Positions 1 through 12,014 of a stretch of DNA of 63,430 bases are shown in pieces (the first letter of the stretch is position 1; every line of letters begins with the position of its first letter). The position numbers and the translations under genes were made by a program. This stretch comes from Carcharhinus longimanus (taxonomy: Eukaryota), in NCBI GenBank assembly GCA_030264375.1, contig JASCQW010000098.1:60643684-60707113 (forward strand). The letters are read 5' to 3'. The notes beneath the pieces are model-generated. The model was not told the origin of the DNA. It ran no database searches and saw only the letters and a program-made list of their open reading frames with translations.

Positions 1-60
1 CAGTAAATTTCCTCTGCAACCTCTCCAAGACCTTGACATTCTCCTTAACCTGTGTCCCAA
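1..60 (-). mobile_element. CR1 LINE ORF2 fragment (RT C-terminal region)
   Basis: Minus strand reads ..ENVKVLERLQRKFT, matching the CR1 KDV.ALE.VQ.RFT motif also seen at about 21290-21330. Confidence 0.75.
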
Positions 61-1820
61 TTAAGGGAAGGGAGGACAGAAAACCTCAACCATGGATTCA
101 GGAATCTTAGAAGCAATATCACACTATACAAAATTAGTTATGAACTAGTGATGCAGTTGTATGAAGGTATTTGCCAACTCTTCCATCAAGGCTGTTAATC
201 TGTTATAAGTGAACTTTTTTAAAAGAGCAGAGGAAATAATCCTATGCAGCTGATTTTAGTCCACATTTTGGATTTAGAAACAAACTCAACAGTTTGCAAT
301 GATCCCTGTATATTTCCTCCCACCACCTACCTACCTCACCCAACACCCCCTCCACCCCACCCCCCACCAACTCCATCTAATGTGGCATCAGTAGGCATGT
401 CACAGGAGTAACTATTTCTGCTGCAAGTATACACCAAGTGCACTATTTATTATTGTGTTGTTTAATTATTGCACATTTTTCTCAATTTGTTTAAATCAAT
501 TCTGTTCTATTTGGATGTATAGCAGGCTGCTTTTACAAATTTATAACAACTTGAAAGTTGGAAGTATGCTGGATAATAAGCACGAAAAAAATATCCAGGT
601 GATACTTGGTGGAAATGGAGTTGATAAATGCTCTTTTTGTTTTCAGTGGATCCTACTGATGATTCACCTGAGCTGGAGGATAAGAATCCGCTTTCTTGGT
701 TTGTATCCATTAGGAACAAATTGCCCATTGATACACTGCCTGTGATAAAGTTGCAAATGGGAACATTTTTCAGGGAACAATGATACTGGAATCATTTAGT
801 GCAACCCTATACCTTGACAGGTGCCACTCTTCGACAGTCTAATTGATCCAAGCCATACTTATCCTCTAAATCTAACTGTTATCATCACAGCTCCAGCAGA
901 AAGGAGCCCACAATGTGTCAGTGACATAAGACAGTAGAACAAGCACTAAACGAACTCCACGGGATAGGCTTACTGTCTGAATTACAGCACAATAATTCCC
1001 ATTCAACTGAGAGCTCTGGAAATATTCCAGTTATATGAGTGCTCTGGTATAATTGTTCATTATTTTGCTACATGACAAATCAGTTATCGGTACTTCTCAT
1101 CATGTGGCTCTGCATGACAGGTGCAATGTAGAGAATTCCTACAATCACAATTAGTTGTTAGTGGGATAATGAGTAAGGAACAAAATGTTCGTAATAAAAC
1201 TGATATATATTGATTTGCATTTTCATGAATAGGCTTGGTGAATATGATTATAAACAGTTAGGATTCTTTAGTAAAATTGATGATAAATGTTCATGCTTTC
1301 TAAGGAAACCAGGCCAAAAACTGGCACCTTGAACTGCAGTGAATTGTGAAAATGAACAACAGTTTTTGCTGCTTTTATTTATTTCACCTCAGTTTGATGC
1401 TGCTTTCACATTCATGCTGAACTCACTTCATAATAGAAAGTTATGTTTTATAATCTCTCATCCACTGCTTTTCTTGTTATCTTTCATGAACTAGATTCAT
1501 TTGTGGAATCGCTGCAGCTGAATGACAGTCATGTTTTTATGCATTTAAGTGAGATACGCAGAGTCAATTGTCCAATTTGAAGCATTTTCTTGAAAAGTAT
1601 ATCATACTGTGTGGCAGCAGCCAATCTACAACTCAGTAAAAAGGTTGATGATATGGACTCTGAACTGAAACATAGGAATGTTTGTCATCTGAATTTAAAA
1701 ATAACTAAATAACAGGCGTCAGAGGTAACGGTATTCAGTTAATTCAAGTTAATAGGAAAGCTGATACTTTTGGAATAGGTTTAATTAACATGGTTCATGA
1801 AGTATCAAATATCAGCCTCC

Positions 1821-1916
1821 TTTGTGACCTTAGGATGTCAAATTTGCCAATGAAGTACTTTTGAAGTGTTTATCACTGCTGTAAAGAAGTGAACTTAGTC
1901 ATGCAAACTTTGTACG
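1821..1916 (-). mobile_element. DeuSINE (SacSINE1/AmnSINE-like) 3' fragment
   Basis: ccaatgaagtacttttgaagtgt..tcactgctgtaa resembles the Deu-SINE tail and is similar to 31745-31870. Confidence 0.55.
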
Positions 1917-4900
1917 TTCATGCACAAAACTTTGTACATTTCCCTGTGTGTCCTTCATTGCTACATCCTATCTGTGTCATGCATTGCATTCCTGATGAAA
2001 TAATGAAATATTTAAATATTTAGCTAATTGTCCGTACAGATAACTTTAGAATCTCAATGTAAAAGAATTACTCTGAAATGGTTTCCATNNNNNNNNNNTG
2101 TTGAAGTCTGGAGCATTGAAAACTGCAACTTTTCTCACATTCACCCTCAAGAATTCCCTTAACTTTTCTCAATGTAAAAGAATTACTCTGAAATGGTTTC
2201 CATGACACATAGAGCAGACAATTCAAACTCTATCAGATATCATCAAACATCTATGCCTGTGCCTGTGCCACACTGAACTGCTTCTGGCATGAATCCTGAC
2301 CACATTACACTAGCATGTTCCAACATCCTATTAAAAATATCCAGAATTTTTTTACATAAATAATTCACACAAAAGTGGGATTTAAGATAAAGAAAGCAAC
2401 TTGATTTAAAGAGAATACACATGCTGACATACAACATCTGCTACTGTCCTGCAAAGCTCCTGTAATTTAACTGTCCATCTGAAGTCTTCACTTGAGCAAT
2501 GTTCTCTGTACCCCATTCCTCTGTGCTTAGTGTGTCTCTGCTTTTACTGATCTTTGGAAATAAATGTCAGTGACATTCTTTATTCCAGTAAATCCGGATG
2601 AGGCATGAAGTAAATTATTTAATCCACTCGTTGGGAGGGAGAACAAGATAAAAGAAAACCAGTTAAGTCTGGAAAATGTTCAATTACTGTTAAGTAATAA
2701 TACAAAAACAGTTTTTGGAGTAAATAGCTAAGGTTTGTGCACTGATTCTCTTTTATGGCCTGCGGCTGAAAAATAAAATTCAAGGCCAAAAATAGTTAGG
2801 ATGGATATCCATGTTATCAACAACTTGTTAAATTACATTGAAAAGATGTAAAGAGGAATGAATAGGCATCTTGCGTAAACATACGGGCAAGAAATACTTT
2901 TAAAAGTGTATAGTACTTAAAATTTCAATTTCAATGCAATATTTGCTTTAATTGTGGAATACATTGACATGTCTTTGAGAAATGCAGTACCAATTCTTTA
3001 ACAGCTTGGTCCATGTTTGCATGATATTTAAAAGCCATCTTGCTACTAAACAGCATTTTAACATGTTAATGTCTGTTCAAATTGAAATTGCGTGACTTGC
3101 ACGAAGTTGCAATGCCATAGGTGTCATAGGCAACAATGCCCCCAGTGAACTTGTGTCTATCAGTTTACTCCCTTGTGGAGTTTGAGAATTTCACCTTCTT
3201 AGTAGCAGCTTGACAACAAAGGCCTCCAAGCATTTGTGATCACAGGACAGGTCTTTATACATCCTTGATGCAACAGTTGGTTTCCGATCTAATGCTGTCT
3301 CTTAAACTTACCCTAAAGTACCAAGAAATGAAAAACGGAAATAACCTTTTTGGGATTTGGACAAAGTGAGTTGGAAGCACTTTGCCTGTGAAGATTTCAG
3401 GACAAACACTATTAAAAAAATCACCAATCCTTGCAGACAAAACGTATTTCCTAATGTAACTGATCTCACCATCCTTATGTCGTCTGCTCTATTTGGACAT
3501 TGCATTTCTCTTGCCAGTTAATTCAAGTTTTTTTTTTCATCATTAGGATTTGCCAATTAATCTCATCTCTGTTACCCCCTCATCCATCACCAATGCCAGT
3601 GTCTCAGAGTAAAAACTGAAATGAATAATCGAGGCCCATGGCACCAGTATTGGCGCAAGTATAGCATGTTTCAACTGTCGAGTAGAATCTGCATTGTCCA
3701 TTCTTTGTCAGTGGTAAAGGAAATGAAATTAGACTAATATGAACCTAATTTTTGCCCTGATTAAAGGACTGCAATTTCCCTAGGCATTGCCTGACCAGTT
3801 CTTGACTTGTGAGATATTTCATGTTCTGGGAATGTCAGTCACTGGGAGTGCGCCTGTCTCCTTAGGTCATCATTCTTCAGATTCACTTGTTTTACACAGA
3901 ACATAGGCTAAAAAATCTAGACTTCCTTTGGGGTGTTAATTAAGATGAGCATCAAAAATTAATCAGCAAATTCACTAGGGCGAAGGGGAACTGTCTGAAG
4001 GCCTCAATATAAAACACGCTTACCGAGAGGAGAAATGAGCCTTCAGCTATTGACAAAGAGGAAACAACCATCCAGACCACAATATGACACAAAAATTCAT
4101 ATAAGTATAACATTTTACATTCATTTTACTTGTCAGCTTGTCACGTTTAATTATAAAGGTTGATTCGCTATTTGGTAGAATGGAAAATTGTGAAACCCTG
4201 GTCTTTTGAATCTCATCATATGGCCAATATCTTTAGAAAAGTATGATTCTATGGAGCAAAATTAACAGGAAAAGGATGAAAACTATTACTTTAAAGTTTA
4301 AAGTATTATTTGAAAATTATTATGGATAGAAATTCTTGTTCCCATGATGCAATTGTAACACATCAATCATTCCTGATGTATGTGGACATTGTTTTTCCAA
4401 AGGAACACCAATCTTCATTTGTCTATCTTCCATTATCCATATGCCTTGCATTATACGTCATGACAAAAGCCTATAATGATCTACTTTTTTTGCTAAGTGC
4501 ACCTAGGGTATATTTTCTAATGCAGAAGATATAATACTTGGCAATGATATTATTACAAGTAATGATCTCAGGTTATAGCTATTTACTCTCCCAAAACTCA
4601 CTGAAAACAAAAGATTAAATACCTGTAAACTTGATTCATTCCATTACTATAGCAACATTGTAAAGTTACTTCTCAAACAATCTTCCTAAAGATGATAACT
4701 TCCATGTATAAGATATTGTAGGACATTCTCAAGTACAGATGTAACAATTAATGGCTTTGAATGCTTTTTTACATTTTATGGTGTATATAAACCCAGCCCT
4801 TTATACTTTTTGACAAGATGAAGAGGCACCCTGCACTTAACATCAGCTCAACCCAATAATGTGAAGCAGAATATCAACCAGCTTGTTGTCACATTTCTGA

Positions 4901-5526
4901 ATGGTTGTGCGGCAGCCCAGTGGCAGGATTTCCACAAGCAGATATTTTGTTAAAAAGTGCTTCCCAAATCTGAAATGGCAAAAAGGAAACACAATTAAGA
5001 GATTTGTTTATGTTCATAAAGTGTGATTGTGGAGTGCCAAGGATGGTGATGCAAACTGGCTAGGAACGAATTATTGTGGAGGGTATTTGCACAAATCTAC
5101 AGCACTTAACTTTTGTTCAAACTGAAAAATTATTTCTGTTGTCGTTGGAAATGTAGGACAGCCGTGTAACATGACTGTGAGCAGGAAGATAAAGATCTTG
5201 GATAAAGTTTTACTAGCATTTTTGAATAAAATCCAGTGATATATTTCACTTCCTAATTTGTATTATTTGTTTTTTATCTGTTCAAGCTTCGGATAAATAT
5301 TTTAAATGTGCCAGCAACAACAAATAACAACCGGTGACCCTGCCACTTTCCATGCAATGCAAGCCTCAGCAAACTGAATACAATGACAATGGAAGCTGTG
5401 CATACAAGAAATCTCAACAGGTCAGAACAGCCAGACCATTCATAAGAAGTCTGATGATATCAGTGTTGCAAACTGCAGAAATAAATTGAGACTTAAAAAA
5501 ACATTGGCTATATCTAACTTGGGTAA

Positions 5527-5843
5527 GGGCAGCACAGTGACACACAGTGATTAGCACTGCTGCCTCACAGCACAAGGGACCCGAGCTTAATAGCTGGCTA
5601 GGTTACTGTCTGTGCAGAGCTAGCACGTTCTTCCTTTGCCTGCATGGGCTCCCTTCGGGTGCTTCGGTTTCCTCTCACAGTCCAAAAGATGTGCTGGTTA
5701 GGTGCATTGGCCATGCTAAATTCTCCCTCCGTGTACCTGAACAGGTGCCAAAGCGTGGCGACTAGGGGATTTTCACTGTAACTTCATTGCAGTGTTAATG
5801 CAAGCCGACTCGTGACCCTAATAAATAAACTTTAAAACTTTAA
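5527..5843 (+). mobile_element. tRNA-derived V-SINE (HE1-like head and core) with alternative 'type B' tail
   Basis: A/B-box head, V-domain ggtttcctc.cacagtccaaaag, tail gtggcgactaggggattttcac..taacttcattgcagtgttaatg..aataaataaacttt shared with the copies at 27309 and 61339. Confidence 0.9.
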
Positions 5844-6064
5844 ATTTTCTGCCTAGTAACTTATCAATAGTTGAACATTAGAGGCTTTGTCATTTTAGGG
5901 CATTGACATATTACAAGTAGCAATTTGTAAAGGTGATGTGAATCACCAGATCTGATCTAAACTGTTGATTTCATGCAACTCATTGGCCGAGAAATTGAAT
6001 GGTGTGCAAGCCCTCTGCTATCTGAGTATCAATCCAACCTTAATGCTTTTTCACCTTATTCTTA

Positions 6065-7735
6065 AATGTCTCCATCCTCAATGATGAGGGAGCCAAGCAT
6101 ATCAGTGCAAATGATAAGGCAACAATTTGCAACCACTTTCACACAGAAGTACCATTTGGATGATCCATTTCAGCCTCCTCCTGAAGTCCCCAGCATCACA
6201 GATGCCAGTCTTCAGTCAATTCAATTTACTTCATATAAATAAATACTGAAGGCACTGGATACAGCAAAAGCTATGAACCCTGACACAATTTCAACAGTTG
6301 TCCTGAACATTTATGCTCCAGAACTAGCCATACACCTGGCCAAGTTGTTCCAGTACAACTACAAGAATTTACGCAACAATGTGGAAAATTGTCCAGTTAT
6401 GTCCTGTCCACAAAAAAAAAGGACAAAATGAATTTTGCCAATTAATGCCCCATTCTACTATCAGCAAAGTGATGGAAAGCGTCATTATTGCTATCAAAAG
6501 ACCTTCCTCAAGATGTTCAGTTTGGGTTCCACAGGTCCACTTGGTTCATGACCTCTATAGCCTTTGTCCAAACATGGACAAAATAATTCAATATTCAAGG
6601 TAAGGTGAGAATGAGTGCCCTTGACATCAAGGTAACACTTCACCAAATGACTGAAGAACCCTAGAAAAATTGAACTCAACATGAATCTGGGGCAAATCTC
6701 TCAACTGGTTTTAGTTATACCTAGCACAAAGGAAATCTGTTATATTTGTTGAGGGCCATTTGTCTCAGCCCCAGAACATCACTGCAGGACTTCCTCAGAG
6801 TGGAGATCCAACCATCTTCAATTGCTTCATCAATAACCTTCCCTCCATCACAAGAACAGGATTGTAGATATTTTTGATGTTTGCCCAGTTGTTGCTATCA
6901 TTTACGAAGTTGTCTGCATCCAAATACAGCAAGACCTGAACAACATTCAGACTTGGAGCAATAAGTGACATTCATGCCACACAAGTGCCAAGCAATGATT
7001 ATCTTCAACAAAAGAGAAATCAACCTTCTCCCATTGACATTTTCTGCAATTAACATAGCTGAAATCCCTAGTATCAACATCTTTGGGGGGGGGGGGTGGG
7101 GGGGCGGTGCAGTTACCATTGACCAGAAATATAATTGGATCAGCCACACAAATACAGTGGAATTTTACTGCCTTGCTTGCCCAGAATCGGGAATCTTGAG
7201 TCAAAAAATTGAACTCAACATGAAAGCATTCTCTGTTGGCCTTGAGTGGGATCTTACGAGCCACAGTGGTCAAGGTCGTAAAATACCACCTACTGTCTAC
7301 AAGAGCATGTCAGAGACAGGGAATTTTGAAGTGAGTTGTTCACTTCCGGACTTCCCAAACCCTGTCCACCATCTGCAAGGCACAAGTCAGAAGTATGATG
7401 GAATACTCTTCTTGCCTGGATAAGTGCAGCCCCTACAACATTTAAGAAGCTCGACACCATCCTGGATAAAGCAACTCATTTTATTCGGCCTCCATTCACC
7501 AACTTAAATATACAGTTCCTTTTCCACTGACACACAAGGATAGCAGTATATACCATCTACACAATGCACTGGGGCACCTCGCTAAGCTTCCTTCAACAGT
7601 ATCTTTCAAATCTATGACCTCTACCATCTAGAAAAACAAGTGCAGTAGATCCATGGGAACGTGGCGTCCTACAAATTTATATCCAATGCATAAAACATTC
7701 TGATTGGAACAATATCAACATTCCTTCAATACTGT
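6065..7735 (+). mobile_element. Decayed CR1-group (Zenon/Daphne-like) LINE ORF2, RT domain and C-terminus, interrupted by a MITE
   Basis: Frameshifted motifs KAMNPD, APELA..LAKLFQY, WKIVQLCPVHKK, ALDIK, AGLPQS, CFINNLPSI; same family on the minus strand at 13367, 16600 and 20392. Confidence 0.85.
7153..7292. mobile_element. Short MITE (Harbinger-type TIRs) inserted in LINE
   Basis: Imperfect inverted termini gtggaattttac ... gtaaaataccac; same family as 18345, 20570 and 34256. Confidence 0.65.
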
Positions 7736-7737
7736 GA

Positions 7738-7929
7738 GTGGTGAGTGAGTGGAATCGGCTGCCGTTGGTGGTGGTGGAGGCGAACTCGCTGGGGTCTTTT
7801 AAGAGACTTCTGGATGAGTACATGGGATTCAATGGGATTGAGGGTTATAGATAGGCCTGGTAGGTTGGGATATGATTGGTGCAACTTGTGGGCCGAAGGG
7901 CCTGTTTGTGCTGTAGTGTTCTATGTTCT
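7738..7929 (+). mobile_element. CR1 (HER1-like) LINE 3' end
   Basis: WNRLP..VVEA..L..FKRLLD.YM reading, 3' hairpin gggccgaagggcc and tail gttctatgttct. Confidence 0.85.
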
Positions 7930-7930
7930 T

Positions 7931-8640
7931 TTAGCTCATAAGTACTGAATATAACTTTCTTCATTGCTTTGTACTCCCCAGATCTTTCCCCTGATAGAGA
8001 CTCATTAACTTTACTAGCCCTATCTACAAGTTTACTCTATAAAAACAATGTCCATTCCATTTGTCTGGTTATTTTCTCAAAGGAATTTGAAAATGCTTTG
8101 ACATCCTTTTTGCTAAATTTTGGAAGTGCTCATACAAATCTAAACATCCCCCCACCAGGTTCATGATTAGAACTACTTTCATCCTCCACCTGCTCTGGTC
8201 TGTCTTTTCCCACTGCCTGCATTTTAAGTTAAAATGTTCCCTGTTTTTCCTTTTCTGTCTCTGCCATTGCTAACTTCTGCATTTTCATTTCCTTTTGAAA
8301 AGCTCTCTCTTTTTCTTCTCTTTCGTTTCCCTGCATTTTAAGTCCAAGCTTTTTCATTTCTATTTCTTTCTCTTTTTCCACTTCTTTTTCCTGCACTTCT
8401 AATTTCTTCATTTCTAGTTGTAATTGAATTTTAGTGAATCAATTTCCTCATTTGTCTGACCATCTTTTTTACATTTAAATGCACTGCTATTTCATCAATT
8501 ACCTCAGCTTTCTTAATCGCTATAGATAATCCTAATGAATTCGCCAATTCCATCAATTCTGTTTTTGGTACACTTTTCAAATTTTCCCAGGTTATATTGC
8601 CTACTCCCAAACAAGTCTTGGCCAGTGCCAAAGCCATTTT
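7931..8640 (-). mobile_element. Gypsy/Metaviridae LTR retrotransposon Gag fragment (Gmr1-like, region upstream of SCAN), degenerate
   Basis: Minus reading: K/E-rich coiled coil, then ALPKFSKKDVKAFSNSFEKITRQMEW..*SKLVDRASKVNESLSGERSGEYKAMKKVIFSTYEL with in-frame stops. Confidence 0.8.
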
Positions 8641-8805
8641 TGCAGTCACCGTATGTAAATCACACACACCATTGTGTGAGCAATTAATAAAGAATATTTA
8701 TTAACCTCACAGGAAAAATAAAAACAGACATAACAAGAAGGACCATAATACAATATGAGACTTAAGTACATTGATGGCGATACACACATAATTTCACACG
8801 AGACA

Positions 8806-8948
8806 CCTGCCATTCATTATGATCATGGCTGATCATCCAATTCAATAGTCTAATCCTGCTTTCTCCCCATAACCTTTGATCCCATTCACCCTAAATGCTA
8901 TATCTAGCCGCATCTTGAATACATTCAATGTTTTGGCATCAACTACTA
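8806..8948 (-). mobile_element. CR1 LINE 3' fragment
   Basis: ccattcattatgatcatggctgatc..ctccccataacc..cttgaatacattcaatg, typical CR1 3' region in antisense. Confidence 0.75.
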
Positions 8949-8954
8949 ATCCAA

Positions 8955-9117
8955 TATTAAGTAAATGTGAGATTATTCACTTTGGAAGCAAAAACAACAA
9001 GGCAAATTACAACCTGAATGGTTTAAATTGGGAGAGGGGGGTGTGCATCGGGACCTGGGTGTCCTTGTGCACCAGTCACTGAAGGTAAGCATGCAGGTGC
9101 AGCAGGTGGTAAAGAAG
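8955..9117 (+). mobile_element. CR1 ORF2 fragment
   Basis: KCEIIHFGSKNNKANYNLNG / RDLGVLVHQSLKVSMQVQQVVKK. Confidence 0.85.
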
Positions 9118-9212
9118 ACATAAGAACATAAGAAGTAGGAGCAGGAGTAGGCCAACTAGCCCTTTGAGCCTGCCCCGCCATTCAATAAGATCATGGTTGA
9201 TCTGTCGTGGCT
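9118..9212 (-). mobile_element. Young CR1 3' end running into an assembly gap
   Basis: (taagaaca)n tail plus taggagcaggagtaggcc..gagcctgccccgccattcaa, near-identical to 25604, 36953 and 49434. Confidence 0.85.
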
Positions 9213-9834
9213 NNNNNNNNNNNNNNNNNNNNNNNNNNNNNNNNNNNNNNNNNNNNNNNNNNNNNNNNNNNNNNNNNNNNNNNNNNNNNNNNNNNNNNNN
9301 NNNNNNNNNNNNTGAATAGGGCATTTAGCACACTCCTTCCCCCACCCCCACCTCCACCTTCATCATACAAACTGCATATGCCTTTTCTCTACATCTCTTA
9401 ATATGTTTTTTTAACAGAAAACTATAGATTATTAACAAATGACCCAACATTAATTGTCATTGACAGAAGAGAGTTCCAAATTTTTCTTTGCTTAGTGAAG
9501 TACTTCCTTAATTCACTTCTTGAAGGCTATTCCCTAATTTCGAGGCCCAGTTCCCAGTTCTAGTGGATAAATCTGATTGTGATGTACAATGAGCTCATGC
9601 ATGTTGATTCCAGTGCAGGATGTACTTCAACCTTGTGCTGTCTGCCCACTTCTATGAAATTAGCATAAATCCAAAACTCACCATGCTGCTGATTAGCTAG
9701 ATGCATTCAGAGGAGGCCAATATTGTGAATGGTTAGTACTATTTAATACTGGTCTGAACTGCTTTAAAGGGGAGGTGTGTTCTACTTGGGGCAGGTCTGG
9801 TAGGGAATCACTCAGGACTGGGAATTATCAAACA

Positions 9835-10420
9835 TGGAGGGGGTAGGTTCCAAAGTTTTCAGACATTGTTCTGGAAGTCTTGGTGGAAGAGATGGAAAGG
9901 AAGAGAGATGTCTTGTATCACATAGGGATCCAAGAGCTCTTCGAGTCTTACACTCAGAAAGCAGCGGGAGCATTTAATCATGGAGGTCAAAGCAAGGAGT
10001 CACTCTCAGAAAATCGAGATTCATTACTGCAACAAGTTCAGTGACCTGACATGAGTGCTGGAGGTCAGTGAATGTATCATCAGATGTCATACCCTACCAA
10101 CTATACCAGTTATCCCACATATCACATCCTCATCACTCACCTAGCAGCAATTTCTATCAAGCAGGAATCATACCTCACATTCACATGCTTCACTGCATTC
10201 TCACATACAGAACATTGTAGTTGGCCTCAACGCTACATCTCACTGCTTGCACATACTGCCAGCTATTCCAGATATTCACTTTCACACTTCCCTCACTCTC
10301 TTGCAGGACGAGGTGGCATAAACCAAAAGGCAGCAAGAGCTAACTTGCAGGGGGAGGAGAGGGTGATGTGGAGCCAGGCATGGCTGCAAGCCTGAAACAC
10401 CATGAAGGAGATGCGGCATA
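9835..10420 (+). pseudogene. PIF/Harbinger Myb/SANT-like DNA-binding gene relic with intron (donor at 10064, acceptor at 10306)
   Basis: VPKFSDIVLEVLVEEMERKRDVLY..LRKQ.EHLIMEVKARS..HYCNKFSDLT, then GT..ctctcttgcAG; frameshift and stops. Confidence 0.75.
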
Positions 10421-11012
10421 ATTAGGACAGCCATTCCTTAGACTGTGGCCAGTGATGAACTGAAATCAAAGATGAAGGAAAGTTCACATCTAGTTCTCCT
10501 TCACAGATATCACCTCCCTCTTTGTTTCACAATCTCTTTTGATTCACAAGTTGTAGATAGTGTAAGAAAGTACTTCTCACTTCCCTTCTCTGCACTCCCT
10601 ACCAATATCAAGGAGCATGGATGTCACCCGCACCAACTTGGCACAGGGTTTTGCGTCTACATTGCAGCCCTCCTCTCCAGCACAGAAGTGATGGTCAACT
10701 ATGTTCACAAACTTGTGGACCCACACACGATGCATTGTGGGTGACCAAAGTCACAGCTTTCACTGCAGCACAAGCAATAGTCACCAAAATTTAAAAGCCA
10801 TGGTAGAGGTTCAAATTGTCACGATACAAGTTTAGGCCTGCTGTGAATTAATACAGATTTTAGGGTATCATGGCAGTCCAGAAATCTAGGATTGTTAGCA
10901 TTCCTGAGGTGCTACTCCCTGGGTGAATGGCAATCATCCCTTGGAGCAAGCACCAAATGTTGTGTTCCATTTCTCAAGGTAACCACATTCATTCTCCCAC
11001 TCTTGCCATTCT

Positions 11013-11332
11013 CATAGAATCATAGAATCCCTACATTGCAGAAGGAGGCCACTTGGCCCATCAAATCTGCACTGACCACAATCCCACCCAGGCCCTATCC
11101 CAATAACCCAATGCATTTACCTTTGCTCGTCCTCCTGACACTAAGGGGCAATTTAGCATGGCCAATCCACTTAACCCACACATCTCTGGACTGTGGGAGA
11201 AAACCAGAGAACTCAGAGGAAACCCAAGCAGACATGGGGAGAATGTGCAAACTCCACATCGACAGTGACCTAAGCCAGGAATTGAACCCGGGTCCCTGGC
11301 ATTGGGAGGCAGCATTTGCCACCATGCCGCCC
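11013..11332 (-). mobile_element. HE1-type V-SINE with CR1-derived tail
   Basis: tRNA head, V-domain and (attctatg)n tail. Confidence 0.92.
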
Positions 11333-11909
11333 AATGTCCTTGCTGCCATTCATCAGCAAGCCAGACTGCTGCCACCTTTGCCTGGATGGAGAAGACTTCA
11401 CCAAGGTCTTCTAGACACAAAGCTACTCGAGATCATCCTGTAAGTCCAATTGCAGTCTCCTCCACCAAAATTCAGCTGCTTTACATCATCCATGTTGTGG
11501 CTACTGGGTTAAAAGAACAGACAAAAGCTCACAGGGATCTGACACCAGGGGTATTAGAGTGATTACTGGATTTTTGTATGCAATATGGCATTGTTTGATT
11601 TATAAATTTGTATTGGATTCCTTACTACGTCATTGTTTTCATGTTTGCAGTGTGGCTAAGCAGTTGAAATGACAGTGAGTGTGAAAGCTAAGGAAGGTGT
11701 GTGACTGTTGTTAGAAGTGAAATTGAAATTACAATCACTGGTACTGCACTCAAATGATACTTCATGAACATCCTGGACAAAATGAGAAATTTCAGGCTGC
11801 TTCCTTCCATCCTCTTCCTCCTCAAGAACTTGCTCCTGAACTGCTCACTATCGCACTGATGACAAGAGATGTCCCCTGATGACAGTGAGATTATGCAGCA
11901 TGCCAGGGG

Positions 11910-12014
11910 AGGGGGTAGAGACGGAAGTGGAACTAGATTGTGTGGATCAGTGCAGTTGACTGGTGGCGTGCGCTTAAAGGACTGAATGGCCCATTCCAGC
12001 TCTTAAGTGCTATG
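11910..12014 (+). mobile_element. CR1 3' end fragment
   Basis: ggcgtgcgcttaaaggactgaatggcccattccagctcttaagtgctatg, a decayed CR1 terminal hairpin and tail. Confidence 0.55.

Noticed and set aside
315-372. C-rich and G-rich runs with G-quadruplex potential (also 7085-7108, 55920-55962, 57068-57093)
   Set aside because: Common low-complexity tracts with nothing indicating function
1990-2025. CTGATGA...GAAA hammerhead-like core (also other CTGANGA hits such as 656, 17905 and 24781)
   Set aside because: No stem II or stem I pairing around the core boxes
4953-4965. AAAGTGCTTCC miR-430/302-like seed (also minus strand near 3375-3385)
   Set aside because: No precursor hairpin and no tandem cluster
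5527-5600. tRNA genes at SINE heads
   Set aside because: A/B boxes run directly into the V-domain and tail; these are SINE heads, not cloverleaf tRNA genes
5700-5775. HDV-like ribozyme in the type B SINE tail (ggcgac followed by aggggattt able to pair with aaattctc)
   Set aside because: The putative L3 is about 14 nt and lacks the UCCUCG-like consensus, and P1 and P4 do not form properly
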